A stretch of 64,000 nucleotides of DNA from contig OX597827.1 in assembly GCA_951406725.2 (NCBI GenBank), positions 16,244,001-16,308,000 on the forward strand, in the 5' to 3' direction. Every line of letters starts with the position of its first letter. Within the stretch, counting starts at the first letter, position 1. The DNA is from Octopus vulgaris. Its lineage: Eukaryota. This document shows, one piece after another, positions 23,499 through 35,706 of the stretch. The notes under the pieces were generated by a model that was not told the DNA's origin, did no database searches, and saw only the letters and a list, made by a program, of their open reading frames with translations. The position numbers and the translations under genes were made by a program.

Positions 23499-25049
23499 TT
23501 TAATAGAATGGGCATGAGTATAGTTTTTGATAATGAACTCACCAAGGCTAATTTCCTAGACGTTACACTTAACCTTAATAGCGACTCATACTGCCCTTAC
23601 CATAAGCCTTCCACTAATTTGAAGTATGTCAGTGTCTTCTCAAATCATGCCAAAACCGTAACAGACAATTTGGTTAAAAACATCTCTCTAAGATTGTCTG
23701 GTTTGTCCGCCAGTGCCGATATTTTTATGCAGAAAGCGGAATTTTATAACGCCGCACTATCCAAGGCCGGTTATAGGCAGAAGGTAATTTATATTGATCC
23801 GGCCCTTCCGATGCCATCATTCGGTCATCAGGATAGGGCCGTATATAATAACATAAACAATTTAAGTAAGGACGGGAGCGCGGCGGATGCCGGGGTAGTC
23901 GCTCCCGCATTTAATTTAGCGAACAAGGATAATTATCGGTCCGGGAGGTCTTACACTAACCCAAGACCCGTTATTCATCCGAGAATCACCCACCCGAATG
24001 CGAGAGCTGGCGTCCCGACCCATCACACTGATAGGAATAAGCATATATGGTTTGTAATCCCCTTTGGTAAGCAGATTAGAACTAACCTCCCCCTCATGTT
24101 TAGACAAGCCATCGCCAATAACTTCCCCAGAAATTCCAAATATTACTCCACGGTTAACTCGCATAAAGTTAGGATAGCTTTCTCCAACACTAAAAACCTC
24201 GCCCAGATAATCGCCTCCCATAATAATAGGCTACTTACTAAGACCCTATCACCTTTTTCCGGAGGCACAGCCTCTTCCGCTCCCGGTTTAATGCTCAGTA
24301 GGAATAATTATAGTAGTAATAATGATATGAGAGCCAGTACAGTGACACATAATCTCAGCTCCAGCCAGGGAGTACCCACTAGGGGTATAGTTATAAATAG
24401 GGGTGTTGTGGTTGACGGTAACAATGGGAGTAGGGTAGAGAGCCCCAATAGCATCCCCAGCATCATTTCCCGCAATAGCAGCACCACGGGCACTAGCAAT
24501 GACAGCACTCTGATAGATAGTGGAGAATCAGGGGTTATTCCTATAGTTAATAGTGACGTAGTGGAAAATAGAGTAGTAAGCGGCTGCAGGTCTCGGAACG
24601 AATATAGTGACAGGAACGCAGTTCTAATTTCAGAAACTAATCCTAGCAGAATAAGATTCACGTCGGCGAACTCCAAGATCAAAAACGCCGTCTACCAATG
24701 CAAGGTTTACACGGACTCAGATGTCTTCACTTATGTAGGGGCCTCATCCTCAAGATTGTCTTTGCGAGTCTCCAACCATTACGCAACTTTTCGGGACATG
24801 AACAAGCGCCAGACCACGGGACTCAGCAAGCTAATATGGCGACTGAAGGATACGAACTTAAGCTACAGGCTGGAATGGTCAATTTTGTCGGTGGCCCTCC
24901 CATTTGATAGGGGCAGAAGGCAGTGCAACCTTTGTGTCTCCGAACTCTTCCATATTTTGTTTGCCAGAGGCCGGATGGTAAACGGGCTTTTACAGTCGGC
25001 TTTTCGATGCCCCCATTGGCGGCGTTACACTTATCTGGCTTTTAAATAG
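23499..25049 (+). CDS. Penelope-like (Naiad-type) RT C-terminal/thumb + GIY-YIG endonuclease, 5'-truncated but uninterrupted
   Basis: Motifs NFLDVTLNL..SYCPYHKP...Y....SNH, IWFVIPFG...TNL, AVYQCKV...YVGA...R..NH..TF, LSKLIWRLK...W.IL and CNLCVSE...CPH. Confidence 0.85.
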   Translation, partial: FNRMGMSIVFDNELTKANFLDVTLNLNSDSYCPYHKPSTNLKYVSVFSNHAKTVTDNLVKNISLRLSGLSASADIFMQKAEFYNAALSKAGYRQKVIYIDPALPMPSFGHQDRAVYNNINNLSKDGSAADAGVVAPAFNLANKDNYRSGRSYTNPRPVIHPRITHPNARAGVPTHHTDRNKHIWFVIPFGKQIRTNLPLMFRQAIANNFPRNSKYYSTVNSHKVRIAFSNTKNLAQIIASHNNRLLTKTLSPFSGGTASSAPGLMLSRNNYSSNNDMRASTVTHNLSSSQGVPTRGIVINRGVVVDGNNGSRVESPNSIPSIISRNSSTTGTSNDSTLIDSGESGVIPIVNSDVVENRVVSGCRSRNEYSDRNAVLISETNPSRIRFTSANSKIKNAVYQCKVYTDSDVFTYVGASSSRLSLRVSNHYATFRDMNKRQTTGLSKLIWRLKDTNLSYRLEWSILSVALPFDRGRRQCNLCVSELFHILFARGRMVNGLLQSAFRCPHWRRYTYLAFK

Positions 25050-25628
25050 CGTTTATAAATAATACCAGCACCCATAGCCCTTGGTAACAAATTCTGAAAT
25101 AGCCTTTAAGATATTTACGATTAACCACTGCAAGGCGAATTACTCCTGTAAGATAAACGGGGCTTGGTTTTTTCACAACGGGGAGTTACCTGACAAGGCA
25201 GGCTTAGATGAACACACACACACATAAAACATAATATATATTTTTTTCTGCCACCCAACGGTTCTTACTGCAGTAGCCACTGACAGCCGAACGATCAAAC
25301 GCACACACGTACACAAAAAATGTTTTCTACCCCAACGCCAGCACACACATATATAGAACAGTATACACACACACGTCTCTAAGTAGATTTTTTCTCGCCC
25401 CTTATAAAACATCCAATATTCCTTAAATAGTCAGAACTTTATTCTCGGTCACAAAGAACATCTACACACCCTCACCCACATGATTGACCGATGCCTGACC
25501 CGTTAAATTCTTCAGCCACCGGTTCTCAACATACACTGATAAACAGTTTTGCCATGGGCTCTTAGGAGCCTAGTTCGATTTGTTTTGCTCCGCCTCTGTT
25601 CTGTTTTTGTTTTCTCCAACGGATTTCC

Positions 25629-25721
25629 TATTTCTTCCTGAAGAGAAAGACACAATATGGTCCCATTATTCAATCGGATTTTGGTAAATTGTGCCTTTCG
25701 AAACACGTGTAGAATGAAATA
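25629..25721 (+). ncRNA. Type I hammerhead ribozyme in the Penelope terminal repeat (antisense copy at 23116-23208)
   Basis: Stem I tatttcttc/gaatgaaata; core CTGAAGA (25638-44); stem II gaaagacacaat/attgtgcctttc; GAAA (25700-03); palindromic stem III cacgtg; predicted cleavage after GTA (25711). Confidence 0.8.
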
Positions 25722-25927
25722 AAACGATTTCTGTTCAATCTGCGTTCAGCTCCATTTCTTCAATTCACCAATAATATTTTAATTTCAATTATCCGCACCA
25801 ACGCACGGTTGCAACACCATATGGTTGTACCTCCAACCGTGCTGTTTACTGCTGTGATTTTTGCTACCAAGGTATCGGTTAAACTTTTGATTAATCTACT
25901 ACAAGATTATTCATCTTTCTATTTCAC

Positions 25928-25996
<69 letters not shown>

Positions 25997-26061
25997 ATAT
26001 GCATGTATGTATGTATGTATGTATGTATGTATGTATGTATGTATATATATATGTGTGTGCA

Positions 26062-26131
<70 letters not shown>

Positions 26132-26585
26132 CTTATATTTCCACAGCTGCAATATTTGACACAATATTTAAATTCAACCAAGTGCTAGATTCCGAAAATA
26201 GTTGTATCTGTAATTAAATGCATATAGTTCTATCTCTGAACAGAAATTCCTAATTCAAACGTCCAACAGACTGTGAATTCTTTCCTCTATTACAATAGTA
26301 ATTTTCTTCAGATGAAATGCTATTATTTTCCACTTATGCATTCACGGTTCACCGGGGTAAAATCTGCATTCTTCTCTCCCTGGCAATCTTAATTGCTGCT
26401 TCAGCAGAGTTCAGGCGGACCAATCATAACGCTTTGTTATACCTCGTCTTATCGCGGTTGCTGGATAACTGTGAACAAGTGTGCGTGTCTGCATGTGTAA
26501 GTAGATTTGTGAATGTGTATGTTTGGGAATGTGCATATGTATATGTGTGTGTGTGTGTATGCATATCTGTATTTATGTAAATGCG

Positions 26586-26650
<65 letters not shown>

Positions 26651-26694
26651 AGATGTATGGACGTAACATTTTTGTTCTAGGTAAATGCTTGTGC

Positions 26695-28150
26695 GTGGAG
26701 GCGCGTGGCTTAGTGGTTAGGGTGTCAGCATCATGATTGTAAGATTGTGGTTTCGATTCCTGGACCGGGCGACGCGTTGTGTTCTTGAGCAAAACACTTA
26801 ATTTCACGTTGCTCCAGTAAAGAAATAGGTATTTCGCCTGTCGCTACGTTTCGGAGTCGATTAAATAAGTACCAGTTACGCACTGGGGTCGATATAATCG
26901 ACTTAATCCGTTTGTCTGTCTTTGTTTGTCCTCTCTGTGTTTAGCCCCTTGTGTGTAGTAAAGAAATAGGTATTTCGTCTGTCGCTACGTTCTGAGTTCA
27001 AATTCCACCGAGGTCGACTTTGCCTTTCATCCTTTCGGGGTCGATTAAATAAGTACCAGTTACACACTGGGGTCGATATAATCGACTTAATCCGTTTGTC
27101 TGTCCTTGTTTGTCCTCTCTGTGTTTAGCCCCTTGTGGGTAGTAAAGAAATAGGTATTTCGTCTGTCGCGACGTTCTGAGTTCAAATTCCACCGAGGTCG
27201 ACTTTGCCTTTCATCCTTTCGGGGCCGATAAATTAGGTACCAGTTGTGTGCTGGGGTCGATATAATCGACTGGCCCCTTCTCCAACCCAAATTTCAGTCC
27301 TTGTGCCTTTAGTAGAAAGAATTATTTTCGGTTAGAGGGCAGCGAGTTGACAGAATCGTTAACAAGCCGGACAATATGATTCACGGTATTGCTTCCGGCT
27401 TTAGGTTCATCGTTCAGATTCCGCCGATGTAGTTTGCCTTTCATCCTTTCAGGGTCGATAAAACGAGGTAAGGGTGAGCTCTGAGATCGATGTAGTCGAC
27501 TGTCCCAACATCCCGCCAAATTTCAGATCTTGTGCCAATAGTAGAAAGAATTCTTTTTTGGTAATTTCAAATCGCGTGTTCGAAACCATTCAAATTGTGC
27601 CACTCCTGTATTTTTTTCTAGATAGGGACTATTCTTACAACGTGGCCTTAATTTAAAGTAGTGTGTATTTTGAGGGGATTTATCAGCTGGTCAAGGGGCC
27701 CATGAGATACCCTGCAAAAGGGTCGATGTTACTATTGTTAAGAGGGCGAGCTGGTGGAATCGTTAGCACAACGGACGAAATGCTAAGCAACGTTTCGCCC
27801 CTCTGTACACCTGGAGTTCAAATCCCACTAAGGTCGTCTTTGCATTTCGTCCTTTCAGGGTCGATAAAACATCTACCAGTTGAGTACGGGGATCGACGGA
27901 ATCGACTTATCTCTCCCCAAAATTGCTGTCCTTGTGCCAAAATTTGAAACAATTCAGCGAACTGAAGGACAAAACGCATGGCGGCAATTCATCTGTCTTT
28001 ACGTTCTGAGTTCAAATTCCACCGAGGTTGACTTTTCCTTTCATCCATTCGGGGCCGATCGAATAAGTACCAGTTGAGCACTGGGGTCGATGGAATTGAG
28101 GAGCCCCCACTTAGCAAAATTTCAGGCCTTGTGCTCATAACAGAGAGGAT
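26695..28150 (+). mobile_element. Cluster of SINE fragments (tRNA-head SINE at 26695-26817, then tandem and diverged SINE A copies)
   Basis: Repeated gagttcaaattccaccgaggtcgactttgcctttcatcctttcggggtcgat core. It resembles the Meta-type central SINE domain (from recall). Confidence 0.8.
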
Positions 28151-28684
28151 ATTACTCTTGTTGTTATTATCAACGCTGATCGAAGAGATCTGTGTCCAAA
28201 GAAATTCTCACCATGACCCTCCAGTAAATTCTCCAATATTTTCTTTTACTTGTTTCAGTCATTGTTTTCCGTTCATGCCGGGGAACCGCCCCTCCCCCAG
28301 TACTTATTTCTCTTGTTCAGTCTGGTGTTTATTCTATCGGTCTCTGTTGCCGAACTGTTAATGTTACTGGGACGTAAACAAACCAACATCGGTTGTCATG
28401 CGGCGTTAGGTTGGACAAACACAAAGACACACACACACACACACAGACACACATACATACACATACACACACACAGACACACATATGCACACACATACAC
28501 ACACATACACACACATATATACACACACATACACACACACATACACACACACATACACACACATACATACACACATACACACACACATGCACACACATAC
28601 ACACACACACACACACACACATACACACACATACACACACATAGACACACACACACACGCACACACACAAACACACACACACAC

Positions 28685-29430
28685 AATTACCAATCTTGAG
28701 AAATTGGGATTCTCAAAACCCGAAAAGGGAAAGCTTATTCGAAGACTACGGTTCCAAGCCACCACTGGAACTGAAAAAAATGTGTAAAACTTACCAGGAG
28801 TTTATCATTTAAGTATATATGAGCATGTGGAGGCGCAATGGCCCAGTGGTTAGGGCAGCGGACTCGCGGTCATAGGATCGCGGTTTCGATTCCCAGACCG
28901 GGCGTTGTGAGTGTTTATTGAGCGAAAACACCTAAAAAAGCTCCACGAGTCTCCGGCAGGGGATGGTGGTGATCCCTGCTGTACTCTTTTACCACAACTT
29001 TCTCTCACTCTTACTTCCTGTTTCTGTTGTACCTGTCTTTCAAAGGGGCCGGCCTTGTCACTCTCTGTGTCACGCTGAATATCCCCGAGAACTACGTTAA
29101 GGGTGTACGTGTCTGTGGAGTGCTCAGCCACTTACACGTTAATTTCACGAGCAGGCTGTTCCGTTGATTCGGATCAACCGGAACCCTCGTCGTCGCAACC
29201 GACGGAGTGCTTCCATATATGAGCATACGTTGACATTCAGCAATATGCATGAGAATACATACATAAAACAAAACATACAAATACGCACATGCGCTGACTC
29301 CAAATACTACATATATACACAAATACATGCAAAAATATTCTGTTGATATTGTTGAAATTCCAATGAAGGAGCCTTGGATCTAGGTTAGAAACCAGCTCTT
29401 GCTCTATTGGCTAGAAATCTTGAAATAAAA
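28685..29430 (+). mobile_element. 3' end of an RLE-type (R4/Dong-like) LINE interrupted by a SINE B
   Basis: Colinear with 41462-42145. Confidence 0.7.
28827..29214 (+). mobile_element. SINE family B, tail type 2
   Basis: tRNA head; 12-bp TSD atatatgagcat (28815-28826 and 29215-29226). Confidence 0.9.
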
Positions 29431-29441
29431 CTGAGAAATGT

Positions 29442-30335
29442 CATACATACATACATACATACGTACGTATGTACATACATACATACATACACACATACAT
29501 ACATACATGCATGCATACATACATGCATGCATACATACATGCATGCATACATACATGCACACATACATTCATACATGCACACATACATTCATACATACAT
29601 ACATACATTCATACATACATACATGCATACATACATACATACATACATACACACACACATACATACATACATACATACATGCATGCATGCATACATACAC
29701 ACATACACACATACATACATACATACACACATACATACATACATACATACATACATACATACATGCATACATACATACATACATACATGCATACATACAT
29801 ACATGCATACATACATACATACATACATACATACATACATACGTACGTACATGCATACATACATACATACATACACACACACATACATACATACATACAT
29901 ACATACATGCATGCATGCATACATACACACATACACACATACATACATACATACATACATTCATACATACATACATACATTCATACATACATACATGCAT
30001 ACATACATACATACATACACACACACATACATACATACATACATACATACATGCATGCATGCATACATACACACATACAAACATACATACATACATACAT
30101 GCATACATACATACATACATACATACATACATACATACATACATACATACATACATGCATACATACATACATGCATACATACATACATACATACATACAT
30201 ACGTACGTACATACATACATACATACATACATACATACATACATACATACATACATACATACATACGTACGTACGTACATACTTACATACGTACATACTT
30301 ACATACGTACATACATGTACACATACATACATATA
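29442..30335 (+). repeat. (CATA)n compound microsatellite, ~0.9 kb
   Basis: Direct inspection. Similar tracts occur at 40360-41112 and 61898-62415. Confidence 0.95.
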
Positions 30336-30638
30336 TGCTACTTATAGGACGGGCTTTCACATAATTTTCGTTGACCAAAGTCACCCACAAGCCATTGGTC
30401 GACTCGGGGCTAAAGTAGAAGACAGTCAAGGTGCCGCACAGTGAGACTGAACCTGAAACCAGGTGGTTGTAAAGTGGGCTTCTTAGCCACACAGCTATTT
30501 GGAGCCAGATTGTTTGGCTATGTCCCTTCACATTGCCTTGGAGGTCTTTTTCCGAATAGATTCACTTCCTATCTTTTAGACGCCCCTCGGCAGCTGTCGG
30601 AACTTCTCACACAAACACATAACACCTGAACACAGGCA

Positions 30639-30682
<44 letters not shown>

Positions 30683-30700
30683 CATATTTATTAACATACA

Positions 30701-30735
<35 letters not shown>

Positions 30736-31009
30736 TAATCAAACAAGAAAACAAAAAGACAACAACCCGAGGATGTGGAACAATTAAAGTATTATTGGGC
30801 GCTCAGGAAAAAAGGGAAGAAAGAGGGTATGACGTTTCGAGCGGAGCTCTTCGTCGGAAACATAGGAGAAAGAAAGATCCCGAGGTGGGAGGACAGAGGG
30901 AAAAAAATGCAAGTGGTCTTCACGAGGTCAACATATATATATATATTACGTTAATGTACTTGCATAGCAAGTGATTTGATCTGAGATCGTGTGCTGGAAC
31001 GAAAACAAT

Positions 31010-31496
31010 TGTGTATGTGTGTGTGCCTGACCAAATAGAAAGCACATTATAGTGCATTTCTGTGGGTGAAAGTAATCTTTGTCTATGCGTGCTGTGTGTA
31101 TATATATATAACACAACTGCAGCGTGGAAAGTGTTTGTAAGCCATTTAAGAAACACACAAAAACCGTTCGATTCACTTCAACATTTAAGTTTAATTTGTC
31201 AAAATATTTTCGTCGCAAAATCACTGTTCACTGACAAAAATCCGTGCTGCATCACGGATTTTTGTCAGTGAACAGGTCGCGGTCTTATAGCGACGAAAAT
31301 ATTTTGACAAATTAAACTTAAATGTTGAACTGAATCGAACGGTTTTTGTGTGTTTCTTAAATGGCTTACAAACACTTTCCACGCTGCAGTTGTGTTATAT
31401 ATATATACACACAGCACGCATAGACAAAGATTACTTTCACCCACAGAAATGCACTATAATGTGCTTTCTATTTGGTCAGGCACACACACATACACA
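31010..31496. repeat. Near-perfect 487-bp foldback (207-bp outer arms plus a 23-bp inner stem)
   Basis: 31010-31216 = revcomp of 31290-31496; inner stem 31224-31246/31253-31275. Confidence 0.92.
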
Positions 31497-31705
31497 TGTG
31501 TATACACTACCTGAAGAAGCACACATCAGCTGCTACACACACAATACACACACACACACGCGCACACACACACACTCACACACACATATTAGACTTACTC
31601 GCCTCCATTCACACATACACACTCACACAGACGATTCTCACGTACACACACACACGTTTGCGCACCTTAGTTCATTGGGGTCACCATTAACTTTCAACGT
31701 TATAT

Positions 31706-31777
<72 letters not shown>

Positions 31778-31829
31778 AAACAATAATAATAATAATAATA
31801 ATCATCATAATAATAATGATAATATTAAT

Positions 31830-31901
<72 letters not shown>

Positions 31902-31939
31902 TATGATAGTAATAATAATTCTTACTATTAAAATTACCC

Positions 31940-32180
31940 AGGAAGGAAATACAAAAAAATATACAATGCTACTGGTAAAAATGCTATCAGAAAAGCTAAC
32001 CTGGAAGCTAAGAAAATTATGGAAAAATATAACTTACAAATGAAGACCGAATCTTTAGATCCAAAGCAACCCCTTTTTATTTTAAAGGACCACAAAGCTA
32101 ACTTCTTCAAAAATCCGTCTTATCTATCCTTCCAGCTCTGTTATTGGTATACTTAGCAAAAACATTATCGATAAGCACAC
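31940..32180 (+). pseudogene. Fragment of a Naiad-type Penelope RT N-terminal region
   Basis: Translates ...EAKKIMEKYNL...PLFILKDHKANFFKNPSY...IGILSKNIID, matching the LKDHK.NF..P motif. Confidence 0.65.
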
Positions 32181-32393
32181 ACTAATCAACAACTATAATG
32201 AACGTGTTTAAAGGTGTTTACATTGGGGGAAAAAAACACACTTACAGCTGTTTCGAATAATATCTATCCCCTTACCTAATAATATCTGCGACTTACATTT
32301 TACTTTTTCATCTCAAACATCCCATTCTTTCCTTCATCTTTTCTATCCATCTGTCATTCACTTTCTATTTGTTTATACCTCCATTACAACTTT

Positions 32394-32778
32394 GGAGGCG
32401 CAATGGCCCAGTGGTTAGGGCAGCGGACTCGCGGTCATAGGATCGCGGTTTCGATTCCCAGACTGGGCGTTGTGAGTGTTTATTGAGCGAAAACACCTAA
32501 AAGCTCCACGAGGCTCCGGCAGGGGATGGTGGTGATCCCTGCTGTACTCTTTCACCACAACTTTCTCTCACTCTTACTTCCTGTTTCTGTTGTACCTGTA
32601 TTTCAAAGGGCCGGCGGCCTTGTCACTCTCTGTGTCACGCTGAATATCCCCGAGAACTACGTTAAGGGTACACGTGTCTGTGGAGTGCTCAGCCACTTAC
32701 ACGTTAATTTCACGAGCAGGCTGTTCCGTTGATTCGGATCAACCGGAACCCTCGTCGTCGTAACCGACGGAGTGCTTT
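32394..32778 (+). mobile_element. SINE family B, tail type 2
   Basis: TSD cattacaacttt (32382-32393 and 32779-32790). Confidence 0.9.
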
Positions 32779-33160
32779 CATTACAACTTTAATTCTCTGT
32801 TTTTTTTTAAAATTCTCTCTTTCTTCTCTTCTCCTCTCGTCCTATGAACCCGGAACCATGTGGTTGGGATGCAAGCTTCTTACCACACAGCCAGCCTGCA
32901 TTGATAAGACTCTTAACAAAACTCTGTAAAGTCTCCTGATGGATTGTCTACTCGCTGGCTCGACATGGTAGGAATGGCAGCTAAAGCTATCTCAAATCAC
33001 ATATCCGGCTATTTTAAAATAGAAATGCAACGCTGGAGAATGTTGTTCTGGAAAATAAAAGACGTGATGGTCCAGAGTGGAACGCCTTTAATTTAAGCGA
33101 CCTTCTCAAACAGAACTGACCTGAGGCTAAATAACAATCAACAACGACATCAACAACAAT

Positions 33161-33350
33161 GTGGAGGCGCAATGGCCCAGTGGTTAGGGCAGCGGACTCG
33201 CGGTCGTAAGAACGCGGTTTCGATTCCCAGACCGGGCATTGTGAGTGTTTATTGGGCAAAAACACCTAAGCTCCACGAGGCTCCGGCTGGGTGGGGGTGG
33301 TGAACCCCGCTGTACTCTTTCACCACAGCTTTCTCTCACTCTTTCTTCCT
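33161..33350 (+). mobile_element. SINE family B head/body
   Basis: The same tRNA-derived head is followed by a different downstream sequence. Confidence 0.8.
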
Positions 33351-33641
33351 ACTTCTGCCACAAAGCAGAGGAACCATGGTGTAACCCACCATGGTGTGGT
33401 AAACTTTCAGACCCTAGTCTAGATTGCGAATCCTCTGTACCCCAGGATGGTTCAGCTCTCCACCCGTTAAAAGCCACCGTTTACGGAATGAGGATAACAA
33501 CGTAGCTTTCGCGCACGTGCAACCGCCAGTCTATCGCGTGTGGTGGGTGGATCTTCAAGTTGCCACACGAATTCTTAGAGTAGCTTAGAGTAGGCTCGAA
33601 TTAGAGATCATTCTTTGTGGCTAAAGGCGTGAGTCCTGATT

Positions 33642-34302
33642 GGAAGAAGAAGAAGAAGGAGGGGGAGGAGGAGAAGACGAAGAAGATGACGAAGAAGAAG
33701 ACGAAGAAGAAGACGAAGACGACGAAGAAGAAGACGAAGAAGAAGACGAAGAAGAAGACGAAGGAGAAGACGAAGAAGACGAAGAAGAAGAAGAAGAAGA
33801 AGACGAAGAAGATGACGAAGAAGAAGACGAAGAAGAACAAGAAGAAGATGACGAAGAAGAAGACGAAGAAGAAGAAGAAGAAGATGACGAAGAAGACGAA
33901 GAAGAAGAAGAAGAAGAAGAAGACGACGAAGAAGAGGAAGACGAAGAAGAAGAAGACGACGAAGAAGAGGAAGTCGAAGAAGAAGAAGAAGAGGAAGAAG
34001 AAGACGAAGAAGAAGAAGACGACGAAGAAGAAGACGACGAAGAAGAAGAAGAAGACGAAGAAGAAGAGGAAGAAGAAGAGGAAGAAGACGAAGAAGACGA
34101 AGAAGAAGAAGGCGAAGACGAAGAAGAAGGCGAAGACGAAGAAGACGACGAAGAAGAAGAAGACGAAGAAGAAGAAAAAGACGAAGAAGAAGACGAAGAA
34201 GAAGAAGAAGACGACGAAGAAGAGGAAGACGAAGAAGACGAAGAAGAAAACGAAGAAGAGGACGAAGAAGAAGAAGAAGTCGAAGACGACGAAGAAGACG
34301 AA
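33642..34302 (+). repeat. (GAA/GAC)n trinucleotide tract, ~660 bp
   Basis: Direct inspection. Confidence 0.95.
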
Positions 34303-34935
34303 GTCTCGACTCGGGGCTAAAGTAGAAGACAGTCAAGGTGCCGCACAGTGAGACTGAATCTGAAACCAGGTGGTTGTAAAGTGGGCTTTACAAGAAGAAG
34401 ACGAAGACACCAACAATAGCAACAACATCAACAATGACGAGGACGACGACTAAATCCTAATCTTGCTGTTATTTTCTATTCCAATATTGGAACATTAATC
34501 TCTTCACGTAAGAAGTGATTCCATTTCATTGATGAAAATTTTAAACAGCTAAATTCTAAAAGTTCACACATAGAATCTATGCTTTTGGTATGTAACACTC
34601 TGTCTGTGTGTGTGTGTATGTATGTGGTGTGTGTGTATTTAGTAGATTTTGTTTATACATTTGCATACGAAGTTGTTCGTCAAAAAATGACCGATTTTAA
34701 ATGTCGACGTAGGAAGGTAAACATTTGAGAGATTAAATATTGCTCCATTGATGAATGTTTGTTAACCTTTCCTTCGATGTTAACTTTGCATGTTAAAAAT
34801 GCCACCAAAATTTTCAGATGAAAACCAAAGCGATGACATAGGTGTAGCTTTACTGTATGATTTAAAAACATTTTGGTGGTCACAATAATAATAATAATAT
34901 AAATTGCCTGCAATATCAAAGCAAGTAAAAGACCC

Positions 34936-35344
34936 GGATCTTTTCGGTTTGAACGGCAGTTTTTAACATAATTTCTAGGTAACTAAAAAATTTTAAACTT
35001 CGTATACTGGTAGAATGTGTTTATAAAACATCTTTTTCTCTTGGCTTTATTGAGAAAATTTTATAGTTTGTAAGATATTTGTTGTTTTTTTCTTCAATTT
35101 CTGCAATTTCAACCAATCAGTGACGTCTATTGAGGTAAAAAAACCCATTCTGTGCCGTATGAAGATGTCCCTCGTTTAAGAAACAGATTGGGTTTATTTA
35201 CATTTGTGAAGAAAAAAAGATACCCCCCTAACCCTAACCCTAAAAGAGATTGAAATGCAATAGATCGATTCTAGGGTCATAATTATGGGTGACAATTTCA
35301 TATGACACCGCTAGAAAAAACTGCCGTTCAAACCGAAAAGATCA
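34936..35344. mobile_element. Merlin-like MITE copy
   Basis: TIRs; TSD aaagaccc. Confidence 0.9.
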
Positions 35345-35706
35345 AAAGACCCAGAAGCCCAGCCATCAAAGTGGGAACTTGGACTTGCTAGAAAGAGTGA
35401 CCAAATCTCTTTCAAATCACATTCTGCTTTGGACGAAAACGAAGGAACTGAAGGACACTGTGGATATTTAGTGTTCCATAGTAGAAGCTAAAGCGGTCAA
35501 GGGTGGAATGAAGTTGATCATATGTATGCTCAGTCACCGTTGACCTGGGGTTAAACAACAACAACAACAACAAAGACAACAACAACAACAACATCAACAC
35601 TCAACCATAGGTTGAAACAGCATCAAAGGAGTCCCTTTATTGGTCCTTTGATACTCGACCCGCAGAAACACAGGCACACACACACATACACACACATACA
35701 TATATA

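Larger units (their letters stand above)
23086..25920 (+). mobile_element. 5'-truncated Penelope-like element, Naiad-like, with an inverted 125-bp terminal repeat copy (23086-23210 = revcomp of 25627-25751)
   Basis: Exact inverted repeat, an RT/GIY-YIG ORF, a hammerhead in the repeat, and (TA)n on both sides. Confidence 0.88.

Noticed and set aside
23487-25049. Selenocysteine recoding reported for some Naiad elements
   Set aside because: There is no in-frame TGA in the preserved ORF, so there is no evidence here.
28827-28900. tRNA genes at SINE B/C heads
   Set aside because: A/B boxes are present, but each continues into a SINE body and tail, several with TSDs, and there is no clean acceptor stem or terminator.
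29407-30444. His/Thr/Tyr/Ile-rich and Val/Cys/Met-rich ORFs here and at 699-1524, 39608-41260, 43571-44190 and 61893-62640
   Set aside because: These are translations of CATA/CA/TA microsatellites.
33617-34351. Poly-Glu/Asp (226 aa) and poly-Lys (244 aa) ORFs
   Set aside because: This is a pure GAA/GAC microsatellite open in several frames, without a proper ATG context or complex flanking coding sequence.
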